Shown here piece after piece: positions 43,508-53,384 of a stretch of DNA of 64,000 bases. The stretch comes from an uncultured Lentisphaerales bacterium. GTDB lineage: Bacteria; Verrucomicrobiota; Lentisphaeria; JABSQK01; UBA12247. How positions within the stretch are numbered: position 1 is the stretch's first letter; each line of letters begins with the position of its first letter. Under the pieces are notes generated by a model. That model was given only the letters and a program-made list of their open reading frames with translations, was not told where the DNA came from and did not search any database. Both the position numbers and the translations under genes were made by a program. Location of the stretch: NCBI GenBank assembly GCA_943788985.1, contig CALSSJ010000018.1, positions 1 to 64,000 of the forward strand. The letters are read 5' to 3'.

Positions 43508-45064
43508 ATGAAATCACTTTTGGCTATCGCTCTCTGCATGGTGCAGCTGACTCTGCTGGCGGCAGAGTCGCCGCCGCGCAACTTCGTCTTCATACTCGCC
43601 GATGATCTCGGCATCAACGACATGGGCGTCGAAGGCAGTACCTTCCATGAGACACCGCATATTGACCGGCTGGCCAAGAATGCCGCTCGTTTCAGCAATG
43701 GCTACTCCACCTGTCAGGTCTGCAGTCCTTCGCGCGCCAGCATCATGCTCGGCACCTACCCGGCGCGCAACGGCATTACCGATTGGATTGGCGCCGCCAC
43801 CGGCGAGCGTTGGAAGCGCAATGATCGTGTATTGCCTGCGGCCAACGGCACCAGGCTTCCGGCCGAAGCCATCACCATGGCTGAAGCGCTGAAAGTCGGT
43901 GGTTACAGGACCTTCTTTGCCGGCAAATGGCATTTGGGCGGCAAAGGTTCCTTTCCCGAGGACAATGGTTTCGATGTCAATATCGGCGGTCATCATCGCG
44001 GGTCCCCACCAGGTGGCTATTTTTCGCCTTACAATAATCCCAAAATGAAGGATGGCCCCGTCGGCGAATGCCTGCCGATACGCCTGGCCGAGGAAACGGC
44101 GTCCTTCCTCGAAAACAACGGCGACACACCATTCTTTGCCATGCTCTCTTTCTACTCTGTACATGGTCCCATTCAGACCAAGAAAAAATTGTGGGAGAAG
44201 TACTGTGCCAAGGCTAAGGCGGCCGGGCTCACTCCCGATCGCTTCAAATTTGATCGCACCAAAGCGGTTCGTCAGGTGCAGGACAACCCCGTCTACGCCG
44301 GCATGATGGAATCCATGGACGATGCCGTCGGCATCGTCTTGAACAAGCTGAAGGAACTTGGGCTCGACAAGAATACCGTGATCATCTTCACCTCCGATAA
44401 CGGCGGTGTTTCCTCGGGCGATGCCTTTGCGACATCCTGTCGGCCGCTGCGCGGGGGCAAGGGACGTCAGTGGGAAGGCGGTATTCGCCAGCCGTATTAC
44501 ATATCCGTTCCCGGTCTCGCTGATGACGGATGCTTCATTGCAACGCCAGTGACCGGCACCGACTTCTACCCCACCATTCTCGACCTAGCGGGATTGCCCT
44601 TGCGTCCCGAAGAGCATGTCGATGGCGTCAGCCTACTACCGTTGCTTCAGGGCAAAGCAATCAAGGAGCGCGATCTGTTTTGGCATTATCCGCATTATGG
44701 CAATCAGGGGGGCGAGCCCTGCGCCATCATTCGTTCCGGTGACTGGAAGCTGATTCACTACTTCGAAGACCGCCACAACGAGCTCTATCAGATAAGCGAC
44801 GACCTCTCGGAGCAGCGGGATCTAAGTGCGCAAAAGCCAGAAGTGACGGCAACCCTTGCCACCAAGCTACAGGCCTGGCTCAAGCAAACAGGGGCGCTCA
44901 TTCCTCAACAGGATGCCCGCTTCAATGCAGTTAAAAAGAAAACTCAGTTGGAAGCCGCCCGCGGTAGCCAGCTTCAGGGCCTGGAGAAAACCCATGAGCG
45001 CTACCTCGCCCCCGACTATCAATCCCCCAGCCGCGGCAACGGCTTCATTTCCGGCCGGGACTGA
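43508..45064 (+). CDS. Secreted sulfatase (S1 family)
   Basis: Signal peptide, DDLG, CSPSRASIM, GKWHLG, FTSDNGG, LFWHYPHYGNQGG. Confidence 0.96.
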   Translation: MKSLLAIALCMVQLTLLAAESPPRNFVFILADDLGINDMGVEGSTFHETPHIDRLAKNAARFSNGYSTCQVCSPSRASIMLGTYPARNGITDWIGAATGERWKRNDRVLPAANGTRLPAEAITMAEALKVGGYRTFFAGKWHLGGKGSFPEDNGFDVNIGGHHRGSPPGGYFSPYNNPKMKDGPVGECLPIRLAEETASFLENNGDTPFFAMLSFYSVHGPIQTKKKLWEKYCAKAKAAGLTPDRFKFDRTKAVRQVQDNPVYAGMMESMDDAVGIVLNKLKELGLDKNTVIIFTSDNGGVSSGDAFATSCRPLRGGKGRQWEGGIRQPYYISVPGLADDGCFIATPVTGTDFYPTILDLAGLPLRPEEHVDGVSLLPLLQGKAIKERDLFWHYPHYGNQGGEPCAIIRSGDWKLIHYFEDRHNELYQISDDLSEQRDLSAQKPEVTATLATKLQAWLKQTGALIPQQDARFNAVKKKTQLEAARGSQLQGLEKTHERYLAPDYQSPSRGNGFISGRD

Positions 45065-45082
45065 TCGAATGCGCAGCCTTGA

Positions 45083-45118
45083 TGACGCTTTGCTCCAGCT
45101 CCAGTAGGGCTGGCTCTG
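45083..45118 (-). repeat. 36-bp repeat, copy A (inverted relative to B and C)
   Basis: Reverse complement CAGAGCCAGCCCTACTGGAGCTGGAGCAAAGCGTCA matches 45953..45988 at 34/36. Confidence 0.85.
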
Positions 45119-45129
45119 TGTTGCCTTCG

Positions 45130-45816
45130 CTATTCGGCGTTGTCTGAAACGTGCACGAATTCGCCGTATCGGCCAACGACGTATATTGCTGAATGAGGGT
45201 TGTCGTACTCGCCATCAGAACGATAGGAAAGCTTGTGAGAATGAAAAGGAATGGGCCCAGTAATCTGCATTTGGGCACGCCATCTTTCCCCGTCTGGCCA
45301 GAGCGTGTACGAGAATTCTGGATGGCAGCCCGCACCCGTTTGGATAATCACCTCGCCTCGCTCCGACACGATGGCTTGCAGGTTGACCGGAAAATGCCCG
45401 CGGCTTTCCCGGTATTCACGAATTGCGGCGACCAAGACTTCGCCATTCTCTGCAATTGCCGGAAATGCCTGCCTTCTGGCGGTGCCGATCGCAGCCAAGC
45501 GAACGACCAGAACAAGAATCGCGAAGAGAACGCATGGCCCAATTGGCAGTCCCTTTTCTGCCGGCTGATCTCATAATAAGGCTTGCGACAACCACTGCTA
45601 CGGCCAGCAAAAAGCTAAAGCCAAGTACCAGGTCAACCGCAAGTCCCGCAAAGGAAAAGGTGAAATCCCCAGACCAGATGTATTGCCAATTACAGAGCTG
45701 GCCAGCTAATGGGAGGACGAGCGACAGAGTGACGACGGCTGCGTAGAATTGCGCAACTCGAAAACCAGTGTTGGTGGGATAAAGAGCCGTCCTTCGCAGT
45801 GGAATCTGCTATTCAT
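45130..45816 (-). pseudogene. Frameshifted membrane hypothetical protein
   Basis: Hydrophobic helices (FYAAVVTLSLVLPLAG; LVLGFSFLLAVAVVVASLI; CVLFAILVLVVRLAA) joined across frames to LVAAIREYRESRGHFPVNL. Confidence 0.5.
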
Positions 45817-45952
45817 TGCCTACGCCCTTATCCCGATTATGCTGTGTCCATCAGCCTTCATCAGTGGTTGGCATCGAAATCGGGAGCGCTATCGAGAGGC
45901 GCAGCCCAGCCCTATTTCAGCGCCGCAAAAGAATTTGGCAGACCGCCGCAGG

Positions 45953-45988
45953 CAGAGCCAGGCCTACTGGAGCTGGAGCGAAGCGTCA
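45953..45988 (+). repeat. 36-bp repeat, copy B
   Basis: CAGAGCCAGGCCTACTGGAGCTGGAGCGAAGCGTCA. Confidence 0.85.
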
Positions 45989-46032
45989 AAAAAGGCAGGC
46001 AGAAAAATGAAAGGCAGGCCATCCCATATGGA

Positions 46033-46068
46033 TAGAGCCGAACCAACTGGATTCGGAGCGCAGCGTCA
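46033..46068 (+). repeat. 36-bp repeat, copy C (diverged)
   Basis: TAGAGCCGAACCAACTGGATTCGGAGCGCAGCGTCA, 27/36 identical to copy B and 80 bp downstream of it. Confidence 0.6.
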
Positions 46069-46143
46069 AACATCCTACTACGGCACCCCACAGTTTAATT
46101 TTTCTGCCTCATAATCTTTCTGCCCCTTGTGGTCAGTAATTGA

Positions 46144-46452
46144 TTATTGGCGGTTCTCAGCGGCCCCCTGGCGATCGCGCCAGTTCTCCGGATTGCGGGC
46201 CGCGTGTAGGACCCCCAGGATGAGCACTTCGTCATCACGTGGGTCGTAGAGTATGAAATAGGGGAAACGATTTATGTTGCACCGGCGGGCCCGAGACGAG
46301 ATACGGGGCTAGGCTGTTGGGAATTGGTCGATCCGCCGAGCGCCCCGCTTAACTTCCTCAGCGAATTCGTGACCGAGGCCCTCTCGCTGCTCGTTGTAGT
46401 AGACGATGGCCTCTGCGAACTCTTCCTCGGCAACCGCCAGAAAGCGAATCAT
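46144..46452 (-). pseudogene. RelE/ParE family toxin with a premature TAG at codon 48
   Basis: Manual translation: MIRFLAVAEEEFAEAIVYYNEQREGLGHEFAEEV...QFPTA*PRISSRARRCNINRFPYFILY...VLILGVLHAARNPENW. Not in the ORF track. Confidence 0.88.
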
Positions 46453-46676
46453 CAGCCGATTTCCAACCGCGCGTAGACATCCTCAGCCGTCGATGCCTGG
46501 ATCTCACCGCGTTCGTAGGCATCAATTCGTGCTTCCGCCTCGGTGGCCCAAGCAGCTGCCAGAGCGGGGTCTCGCGGGCTCTCGAAACTTGCAAAAAGGC
46601 GATCGATAAGCTGAGCCCGATCCGCTGGTCGCAACGAAAGCGCTCGATCAAGTACAGCTTCTGCTTCTGTAGTCAT
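46452..46676 (-). CDS. Addiction-module antitoxin (TIGR02574-like)
   Basis: ALSLRPADRAQLIDRLFASF...AWATEAEARIDAYERG; TGATG overlap with the toxin start. Confidence 0.9.
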   Translation of the reverse strand: MTTEAEAVLDRALSLRPADRAQLIDRLFASFESPRDPALAAAWATEAEARIDAYERGEIQASTAEDVYARLEIG

Positions 46677-46711
46677 AGGTTATGCTCCTGATAGTCACGC
46701 ACCTAATTGAA

Positions 46712-46739
46712 AATTTAGTCTCCAGCCGAGCGATTGCAA
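46712..46739 (-). promoter_or_regulatory. Putative promoter of the TA operon
   Basis: TTGCAA-16 nt-TAAATT, then an AGGAG RBS before ATG 46676. Confidence 0.45.
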
Positions 46740-47111
46740 GGTGCACCTGTGGCCATCAGGGCTCGGTGGTTCGACAGCGCGGCGGTCTCTCTTTTTGCCT
46801 CCTCGCCAGAATTCATGGGTTGGCTTGAGGCTGATTACCCTCGAAATGTTGTGGCAGCGAAATGTGTCGCCTTGATTCTTTAGCTGCTGAGGGGGCTGGG
46901 GAACCTCCCCAGGCTCAAATAATGGTTCAATTCATTGCTCAGGAAACCAGCATCCTTCAAGGCGACCCACAGATTCTGGAGAAGAGCCCTCTTTTTTCAT
47001 TGTGAGGATTCAGTAGCGATCTTAAAGCTGCGCCGAGACGCGGAGACATTTCCGAGCCGTGGGTGCAACTTGGCAGCAGCGATATGCAGCTCAATACGCG
47101 TGGGGGCGTCT

Positions 47112-47516
47112 TCAATTTGAACGATCTCGGTAGTGGCCTGTGACACGGGCCCCGGGCGAAGGCGGCGTGAGCACGCGGTCCAGCGATCTCGGTATCTGGT
47201 GTCTGGCCCTCTGCCAGCACAAAGTCACCAGAACGAGAAAGCCGCGCAGTAGATTGTGAAAAAAACTGACTCGGACCAATCCTTTCCTCTTTGCGTTCTT
47301 TCCCCGGCCACCTTTTCTGGATTGCTTCTCTCTTTCCCTGGCTTGAATCGCTTGAGGCGCTCTTCTTGTCGGGGCATCCACTCTTCTCGGATGTGGCGAC
47401 TCGCGGCATAGTCCCCTAAAGACGAGCGTCCCGATGACCAACGCGGCGATCGCGAGCACGTTAAGCGTCATTGACACCCACCTGAGAAGTCTGAGTTTTC
47501 GTATTGTCTTCTTCAT
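47112..47516 (-). CDS. Hypothetical membrane protein (probably frameshifted)
   Basis: MKKTIRKLRLLRW followed by a hydrophobic helix; lies downstream of the cassette array. Confidence 0.35.
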   Translation of the reverse strand: MKKTIRKLRLLRWVSMTLNVLAIAALVIGTLVFRGLCRESPHPRRVDAPTRRAPQAIQAREREKQSRKGGRGKNAKRKGLVRVSFFHNLLRGFLVLVTLCWQRARHQIPRSLDRVLTPPSPGARVTGHYRDRSN

Positions 47517-47529
47517 TGAGATGTCCCGA

Positions 47530-47703
47530 TCACTGGACCCCGCCGGTATTAGCCGATGGGAAGTCGATCAGGATCGACCCAATGGCCTTGATAGCACAGG
47601 CAAGTCGCGCCTCAGAGCGCAGCGTCTGCAGTTTGCCGCGAATGTCCCAAATCTCACTAGCCAGGTAATCGAACTTGGCCCTTGTCTCTTCAGCTTGCGT
47701 CAT
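47530..47703 (-). CDS. Small cassette ORF (57 aa)
   Basis: MTQAEETRAKFDYLASEIWDIRGKLQTLRSE...; ATG is 6 nt after the attC-like R'. Confidence 0.45.
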   Translation of the reverse strand: MTQAEETRAKFDYLASEIWDIRGKLQTLRSEARLACAIKAIGSILIDFPSANTGGVQ

Positions 47704-47709
47704 AGGTGC

Positions 47710-47757
47710 GAGTTACTCTCAGGTCTCCCGCTTGGCGGGAGCTCTGCCACGTTAGCG
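47710..47757 (-). repeat. attC-like site (48 bp, decayed R')
   Basis: CGCTAAC-GTGGC-AGA[G]CTCC-CGCCAAGCG-GGAGACC-TGAGA-GTAACTC. Confidence 0.55.
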
Positions 47758-47769
47758 TTTCGTTGCGGT

Positions 47770-48042
47770 TTAGCAGAACTGCCCATAGTGCGGGGCCCCT
47801 TGCAGCGTTGGTATGTATGGCCAATCAGATTTGGACGAGAGGGCTTGCCCTCGCAGCGTCGACCTCTTCTTCGGTCAGGTATAGGCCCCCAAGATCGTTG
47901 CCACCGTTGACTGCATAGAAGCGCACCGGCGCCTCACCAAGTTGTGCATTGATTATCGCGAAGAGAACGTAGGTAGCCCTCCCCCAGCTAGCTCAGTCAG
48001 ACCTTGCGCAATTCGATTAACCATGAGTGCGTATTCATTCAT
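47770..48042 (-). pseudogene. Cassette ORF, frameshifted hypothetical protein
   Basis: MNEYALMVNRIAQGL... joined to IINAQLGEAPVRFYAVNGGNDLGGLYLTEEE...WPYIP; starts 8 nt after one attC and stops 12 nt before the next. Confidence 0.5.
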
Positions 48043-48050
48043 TTAATGTC

Positions 48051-48129
48051 ATCGAACGTTTAATCTTCACCCGACGAGGCGGCGCGCGTCAGCGCGCTCG
48101 CCGAGTTCGGGTGTAAGGCTTGGTTCGCT
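48051..48129 (-). repeat. attC-like site (79 bp)
   Basis: AGCGAAC-CAAGC-CTT[A]CACC-CGA...GCGCGCTGACGCGCGC...TCG-GGTGAAG-ATTAAAC-GTTCGAT: long imperfect hairpin. Confidence 0.75.
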
Positions 48130-48201
48130 TTTCGGCCTGGGGGATTCACCGCTCGAAGGTGAGGATTCGACAGTAGCAAGGCATCAACATGCGCTCGAGC
48201 T

Positions 48202-48411
48202 CTATCGGCAATGAGGGATTTGTATTAGCTCTATCACTGTACCTTCAGGGAAAGATCTCCCTAGGTGCATGAGCAGAAGACCAGGCGTTACCAATGCGAT
48301 GCACATTGCGATCGTACCAGGATTAAGCATCGCTTTGGTCCAGGCATATGCCCAAACTCTGCGCCGTGCAGATTTTCGCACTTCATTCAAGATGTAATCA
48401 GGGTATTTCAT
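48202..48411 (-). CDS. Cassette ORF, hypothetical membrane protein (likely truncated by a frameshift)
   Basis: MKYPDYILNEVRK...; ATG is 7 nt after the R' of attC 48419..48466; AT-richer than core genes. Confidence 0.5.
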   Translation of the reverse strand: MKYPDYILNEVRKSARRRVWAYAWTKAMLNPGTIAMCIALVTPGLLLMHLGRSFPEGTVIELIQIPHCR

Positions 48412-48418
48412 ATTTCCG

Positions 48419-48466
48419 AGCGAACGCTCAGCTCTGCCCCTTGTGGGCAGCAGCTGATTGTTCGAA
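48419..48466 (-). repeat. attC-like site (48 bp)
   Basis: TTCGAAC-AATCA-GCT[G]CTGC-CCACAAGGG-GCAGAGC-TGAGC-GTTCGCT: L arms pair perfectly apart from one bulge. Confidence 0.7.
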
Positions 48467-48469
48467 TTT

Positions 48470-48722
48470 GATTCGTCGTCGGCAGTCCTCGATCGCCTTG
48501 TCAGTCTACTCTCTCGCGCGTGTGTTCAGTTCAGGCTCGCCCCGGGTCAGTAGGTCCTCCAGATCGCGCGGATGCGTAAGCGCGTTCCAGGCGGCCCTTA
48601 CCACCGGATCATTGGAGTTCCACGGTGGCGTCGCCAACCGCTGGAGAACGCTTTCGCCTTCCTTGACGGCGGAGCAGGGGGCCCCGGGACAGGTCATTCC
48701 ATAATTGCTGGATTCTTTGCAT
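48470..48722 (-). pseudogene. Cassette ORF, frameshifted hypothetical protein
   Basis: AGGA RBS + MQRIQQLWNDLSRG / SAVKEGESVLQRLATPPWNSNDPVVRAAWNALTHP, reading into the next R''. Confidence 0.45.
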
Positions 48723-48754
48723 TGGCGGTGTCCTGGCAGTTGGAGTCAGCGCTG

Positions 48755-48815
48755 GGCGAACGCCCGCGCTCAGCGGGGTGGCCCTTGGGCCATCTGGTGG
48801 CGTGCGTGGTTTATT
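48755..48815 (-). repeat. attC-like site (decayed)
   Basis: AATAAAC-CACGC-ACGCCACC...TGGCCC-AA-GGGCCA...GCTGAGC-GCGGGC-GTTCGCC. Confidence 0.45.
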
Positions 48816-48979
48816 TTGCTGTTCATATCGGAAAGGTGCGTGTTTCGCAGGTTGCCGTCAAGCCTGACGGCTGGATTTCGGGCGGTTGGCTCGGGCTCGC
48901 CGATTGCCGCGGATTCGGGGGGATTGACTGCAACTTGCGGTATCCGCAATATTGGGCGCGCGCGAGTCGGAAATCAGGA

Positions 48980-49865
48980 TGATGGATATCGGATGTCCCC
49001 AAGCCGCAACTGGATGGTGCCCCACGATGGAAAACACCCTGTGTCTGGATACATTGACAAGGGCCCTGGCCACTGGATGGTGCCCGCAGATCATGAACAG
49101 CGACCAAGGCAGTCAGTACACCAGCGCCGCCTGGATCAAGCGCGTTCAAGGGGCGGGCGTTCTTGTCAGCATGGATGGAAAGGGACGTTGGATCGACAAT
49201 GTCCGCATCGAAAGGCTTTGGCGCAGTGTCAAGTATGAAGACATTTACCTCAAGGCGTACGCAACACCGCGTGAATTGGGCAAAGGCCTCGCAGACTGGT
49301 TTGAGCGCTACAACAACCCCCGCCCGCATTCTGCACTCGACTATCGGACACCGAGACAATTCTACACTGAGGAAACTGCAATGAGCACTTTGCGCTGGCT
49401 GCGGCCTTCGGCCGCCATAGGGCTTCGCCCCAAACCCCAAGGTTTTCAAGGCATGGCGGCAACTCTTCAATGTTGCCACCTTGGGAGAAAAGTGGGGGGA
49501 GGCTGGCGACTCCCCCACGGTGCCGACATTGCGTCGTTACCGCTCCGGCTATCCCTCGGCAAGTTGCTCCTCAGCAGAGCTCGCTTCCGTTTCTCCGGAA
49601 CCCACACCGTACACCAAACCCCGTCATTGCAACCGGATAGGAAGGAACTACCGTACCACTCAGCGACCCGCGATTCAATAAGAATTACCGCCACCTGGCT
49701 CCGGCAACGGCACCACCTCTTGCCCCCTTTTATGGCCGCTGTTTTTGAAATCTGTCGTGCGGTAAGGTGTCCAGGCAGGATTACCACAGGTGCCGTTTCG
49801 CTCCGGCCGAAGACGGCCTACGCGAAGCGACCTCATCAACTCAACTGCTGTCTTGACTCACTCTA
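48980..49865 (+). mobile_element. IS3-family transposase remnant (C-terminal integrase core and 3' region)
   Basis: PQIMNSDQGSQYTS, SMDGKGRWIDNVRIERLWRSVKYEDIYL, YNNPRPHSALDYRTP; N-terminus missing. Confidence 0.9.
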
Positions 49866-49869
49866 AATA

Positions 49870-51760
49870 CAATACACTAAATTAAACATAGATCTGAGAT
49901 CACCTTAGGTAGGTTTTAACAACTGGGTGGGATATCCCCAACGAATTATGGAATAACCATTTAGGAAATATGCTATGAGTACTTACAAAAACCCTCAGTG
50001 AGAAAATGTTCTGTTTTGCGGGAAAAAAACTTAATCGATCGAAGAATGAGATTTGTGATCAAATGGAGTGCATCCCCAATTTAGAGGTGCTACTTGATGA
50101 ATATAAGCAAGTAGCTGCTTATTTGCAGGATAAATCAGGCGAAATGGAGAATGACTTTCGGGCACTTGTTCAGTGTCGATTGAAGTTCGAAAAAAAAAGC
50201 CGCACTTCACCGGGCTTGATAGCTGTGTTTTTGTCCTACCTCTTGATGCCTTTCTGTTTGGGTGCTTCTTTCATCAACTTTTTTACCAAAGGTACGCAGC
50301 GTGTCTATGATGAGGCATGTAAGTTATTCGAAGGTTTGAATGAGGAAAGCAGTTGTGAATACAGATATATGCACTAACGAGAGTCTTTATGTTTCAATAA
50401 TTAAGTATCTTGATCCTGACTTGAGGAAGTTAATAGCTCCAAGGTGGGATAAGGTTTTAGAAAAAAAAGAGTGCTGGGCTGGATGGGAGTACTCCAAGTC
50501 GCGATATTACCAACATGGCCGTTCTCAGTTGCTTACTTAACGGTGCTGTCGATGTTTTGTTTTTTCAGTGGCGGATGTTGTCTACGCATGCTTTCCATCC
50601 TGGCCTTGTGCCATCGGAGTCCATCATTGCAGCTATGCAGATGATCCCATTCGCACCATCTGAATCGATGTTTTATGGGCTTCTGGTCTTAACGTTACCA
50701 TACTTCTTTGGGGGTTCCGCTGAGGGGAAGCTGGTCTTTTTATTTTTAGGACCTTCTGCTAGGATTGCTTTTGCTACAAGCCTTACATTGGTTGCCCTTT
50801 TGGTGTAAATGCAGTTTATTGCTTAATTGCTGGCTTATACTTAGTGGCCTTTTTGATTTATCGCAGCGAATCTTCGTCTGACCACCCCGTTCGGAATATG
50901 GGCGTGCCAATCGAAGTGGAATAAAGATCAAATACATATACGGCTCCGAGGATGAAATCTATGGGGAATATTAGCGATGCCCTGGCAGCTGGATTGAAAT
51001 TTTTGGAATGTTGAGATTGAGGATAAAGAGAAATGGATCGAATCCACACGGAACAGTGATATACCGAGGATACAAGATACGATCGAGAAACTGCAAAGTG
51101 AGATTGATATGGAAAATGCCCGGTGGGAAGGTCTGAGTGAGGTTGATAAATTGGCTGAGATTAAAGTGCATGAAGAAATAAAAGACTCTGAGAAATAAGC
51201 AAAAAAATGACGACCTAGTCGCTAAAGAGTTGATGGAGTCTTCTAAACGCCAAGCTGCTGCAGCTGAACGTCAGGCTCAATCCACTGAGAATGCCTTACG
51301 GCCAGCAGGTTTCAGCTGCGCGTGACGCTGCCAGAGCTCAAGAACAGCAAGCCGCTGCGGCAAAAGGATCTGGCTAGAACGCAAGATAAGGCGGCTCGAG
51401 ATCTGGCTGGAACGCAAGAGAAAGCGGCAAATACATGCGTGTATTGTAGAGTCAGTGGTCCAGTTGGGGCCCCCTGTCACAAGAGTCCACACGGACAACA
51501 TCGATTCGGTTAATTTTTGATGCAATTTACTTTCCGGATTTCAGACACTCAGATTTTGCTGCCTTGTTAATGTCTGCCTTAATAGAATCAAACCCTTGTG
51601 GGATCATTGCGGCTAGGCTGAAGTCGCCTATTTTAGCGATGCTCATTGGCGCTATGCCTTTGCGTTTGAGCGATATGTCGGCGATCTGTTTTAATAAGGT
51701 AAGTCTTTTTCTGGGGGTGTATCATTAATTAAAACTCTTTCAAAATCGCTACTGAATTTA
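49870..51760 (+). other. AT-rich foreign segment with decayed hypothetical genes
   Basis: Visibly lower GC than the flanks; broken ORFs 50006..50377, 50340..50540 and 51322..51513. Confidence 0.6.
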
Positions 51761-52107
51761 TCTGCCGTGGGTTATAGCAGAACAATACGCTTATCACTCT
51801 TCATTGTCGTTGCTGAGTCAGCGCTGAACGCCGGCATCTCCCAATGCGCGGAGCGCATTGGGAGAATGCCGTGGCTGGAATTTTTGCTGTTGGTTGCTGG
51901 CGATGTGCGGACTCCGCAGATTGGCGTCAAGCTTGAGCGCGGACTTTCGGCGATTATTCGCTCGTTCGCCGCCGCTGCCAAGAATGTCAATCTATTTTTG
52001 CGCTGCCCCTTGGTGTTTGCCTATCGTGTCGTGACTTCACATGTTGGTCAAAGCTCCGGAAAATCTGTTTGGGGTCGCGCAATCTCGACTGCTGTTCAAA
52101 ATGCTCT

Positions 52108-52215
52108 GAATGTCCAATTTCCCAACAAGGAATGTCCAATTTCCAATGAAGACAGCGGAGCACGCACTCCCATACCTTGGACATTGGAAATTCCTTGTTG
52201 GCTGTTGGATGTTTC
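52108..52215. repeat. Palindromic element built from AATGTCC/AATTTCC units
   Basis: GAATGTCCAATTTCCCAACAAGGAATGTCCAATTTCCAA ... TTGGACATTGGAAATTCCTTGTTGGCTGTTGGATGTTTC. Confidence 0.7.
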
Positions 52216-52936
52216 GGCGGAAGTCGAGATTGCGCGTCGCCATCTTGGCCTTGTGCAAGGTTTTCCGGAGCTTTGGTTGGTACTTCGCCGCCATCGGATG
52301 TTGATCTGTGAAATAGTCCGAAAAACGTGCGCGTTGAGAGAGGAGGGGCAGATTGCCAAAGTGGCCCCGACATTGATCAGAATCTGTCGCCGTAATGAAA
52401 CGCTTGAAGCTTATGGTGCCCGTCAATCACAAAATTTCACCAGCCGCAATCTATGGTTCCCGTGATAGCAATTGGTCGCTGACCGTCATTGATCATTTTT
52501 TCGATAGCGCTCGATTCTTTCGAATTTGAGACTGTCGACCGGCTGAGTATAGACCAGCGTGTGACCAAGTGGGTAGAAGTGATCGCTGTCTTGGTCTGGC
52601 CACCATTTGGAATCGTAGGTGATGAAGTCATAGTCACGGCATTCGGCAACGAAGTGCAGCTGATACTGCCTGGAAACAAATAGCTGCAATAAGGTGTGGA
52701 GCTGCACATGTATCGGCACGTCCGCCCTGAGGTGTCCATCAAGTAAGTGACCGAAGTGAATGCAAGGATTGTTCAAAATTGGATGCCCCGGCACGGGCGA
52801 GATATTGCATTATGCTTCCCTCGCAGTCTGGCCAGTTGAAGGCAATGGGATCCCCCCCAACGAGCAGCATCGAATTAAATTATCCGCCCCGCAGATCGAG
52901 CAGCGAGAACGTATCTGTTAGTGCGAAATCTTCTGG

Positions 52937-52995
52937 ATTCAACGCTATGATCTCCCATTGCGCGTTAGCGCATTGGGAGCATCATCTGGTTCGTT
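52937..52995 (-). repeat. attC-like site (59 bp)
   Basis: AACGAAC-CAGAT-GAT[G]CTCC-CA..TGCGCTAACGCGCA..TG-GGAGATC-ATAGC-GTTGAAT; same L core as 7484..7542. Confidence 0.75.
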
Positions 52996-53384
52996 AATTA
53001 CGCAATTCTGCCGGTATTCCACTGACTTCGTTCTGCAAAATCGGGTAAAGACCAAGGCTGTTGTGCTGTCCTCATGCCATGCCTCCTCCTCCCGCCACTC
53101 GACAACCCAGGCACCGTCGGAATCGCCTCTCTGTGTCACTTTTAGGACGGCAACGCTCGCTTGAGCCGAATGCGAAAGCGTTGAGCGCCTCGTCTTCGCA
53201 ATCGAATTCCTCGTGCCAGCCATCAAACCCGACCGTAAATCCTGGGGGGGGGGGACCGTCAACCACTCAGTAAAACCCAGCTTCGGTTGGGCGGGGCCCC
53301 AATGGCGATATGATCGTCGGTTGCCTGATACGACAACTCAGGGGAGTTGGCCAACTTGGCTTCGATCTTCTCGATGGTGGTCAT
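52945..53384 (-). pseudogene. Cassette ORF, frameshifted hypothetical protein
   Basis: MTTIEKIEAKLANSPELSY / GFTVGFDGWHEEFDCEDEALNAFAFG / LKVTQRG...DSTTALVF...EYRQN; reads into the attC; GTTCCGC lies just before the ATG. Confidence 0.6.

Noticed and set aside
45815..45872. Further attC before the membrane-protein gene (also candidates near 46770 and 47050)
   Set aside because: R''-like words are present, but the L arms do not pair convincingly; too decayed to call.
45953..46068. CRISPR array (36-bp repeats, 44-bp spacer)
   Set aside because: Only two direct copies at 27/36 identity, the third copy is inverted, and there are no cas genes in the window.
13664..48508. TAG recoding (in-frame TAGs at 13664, 46309, 48506)
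   Set aside because: The expected residues differ (Tyr, Trp), two of the three genes carry other lesions, and intact genes here (e.g. rhaA, sulfatase 41850..43361) terminate at TAG.
49380..49866. C-terminal half of the 304-aa ORF 48952..49866 as a protein domain
   Set aside because: Transposase similarity ends at YRTP..Y; the rest looks like read-through into the IS 3' non-coding region.
51767..52465. 232-aa ORF or an integron integrase
   Set aside because: No R-H-R-H-Y tyrosine recombinase motifs; it runs through a palindromic repeat. No IntI was found anywhere in the window.
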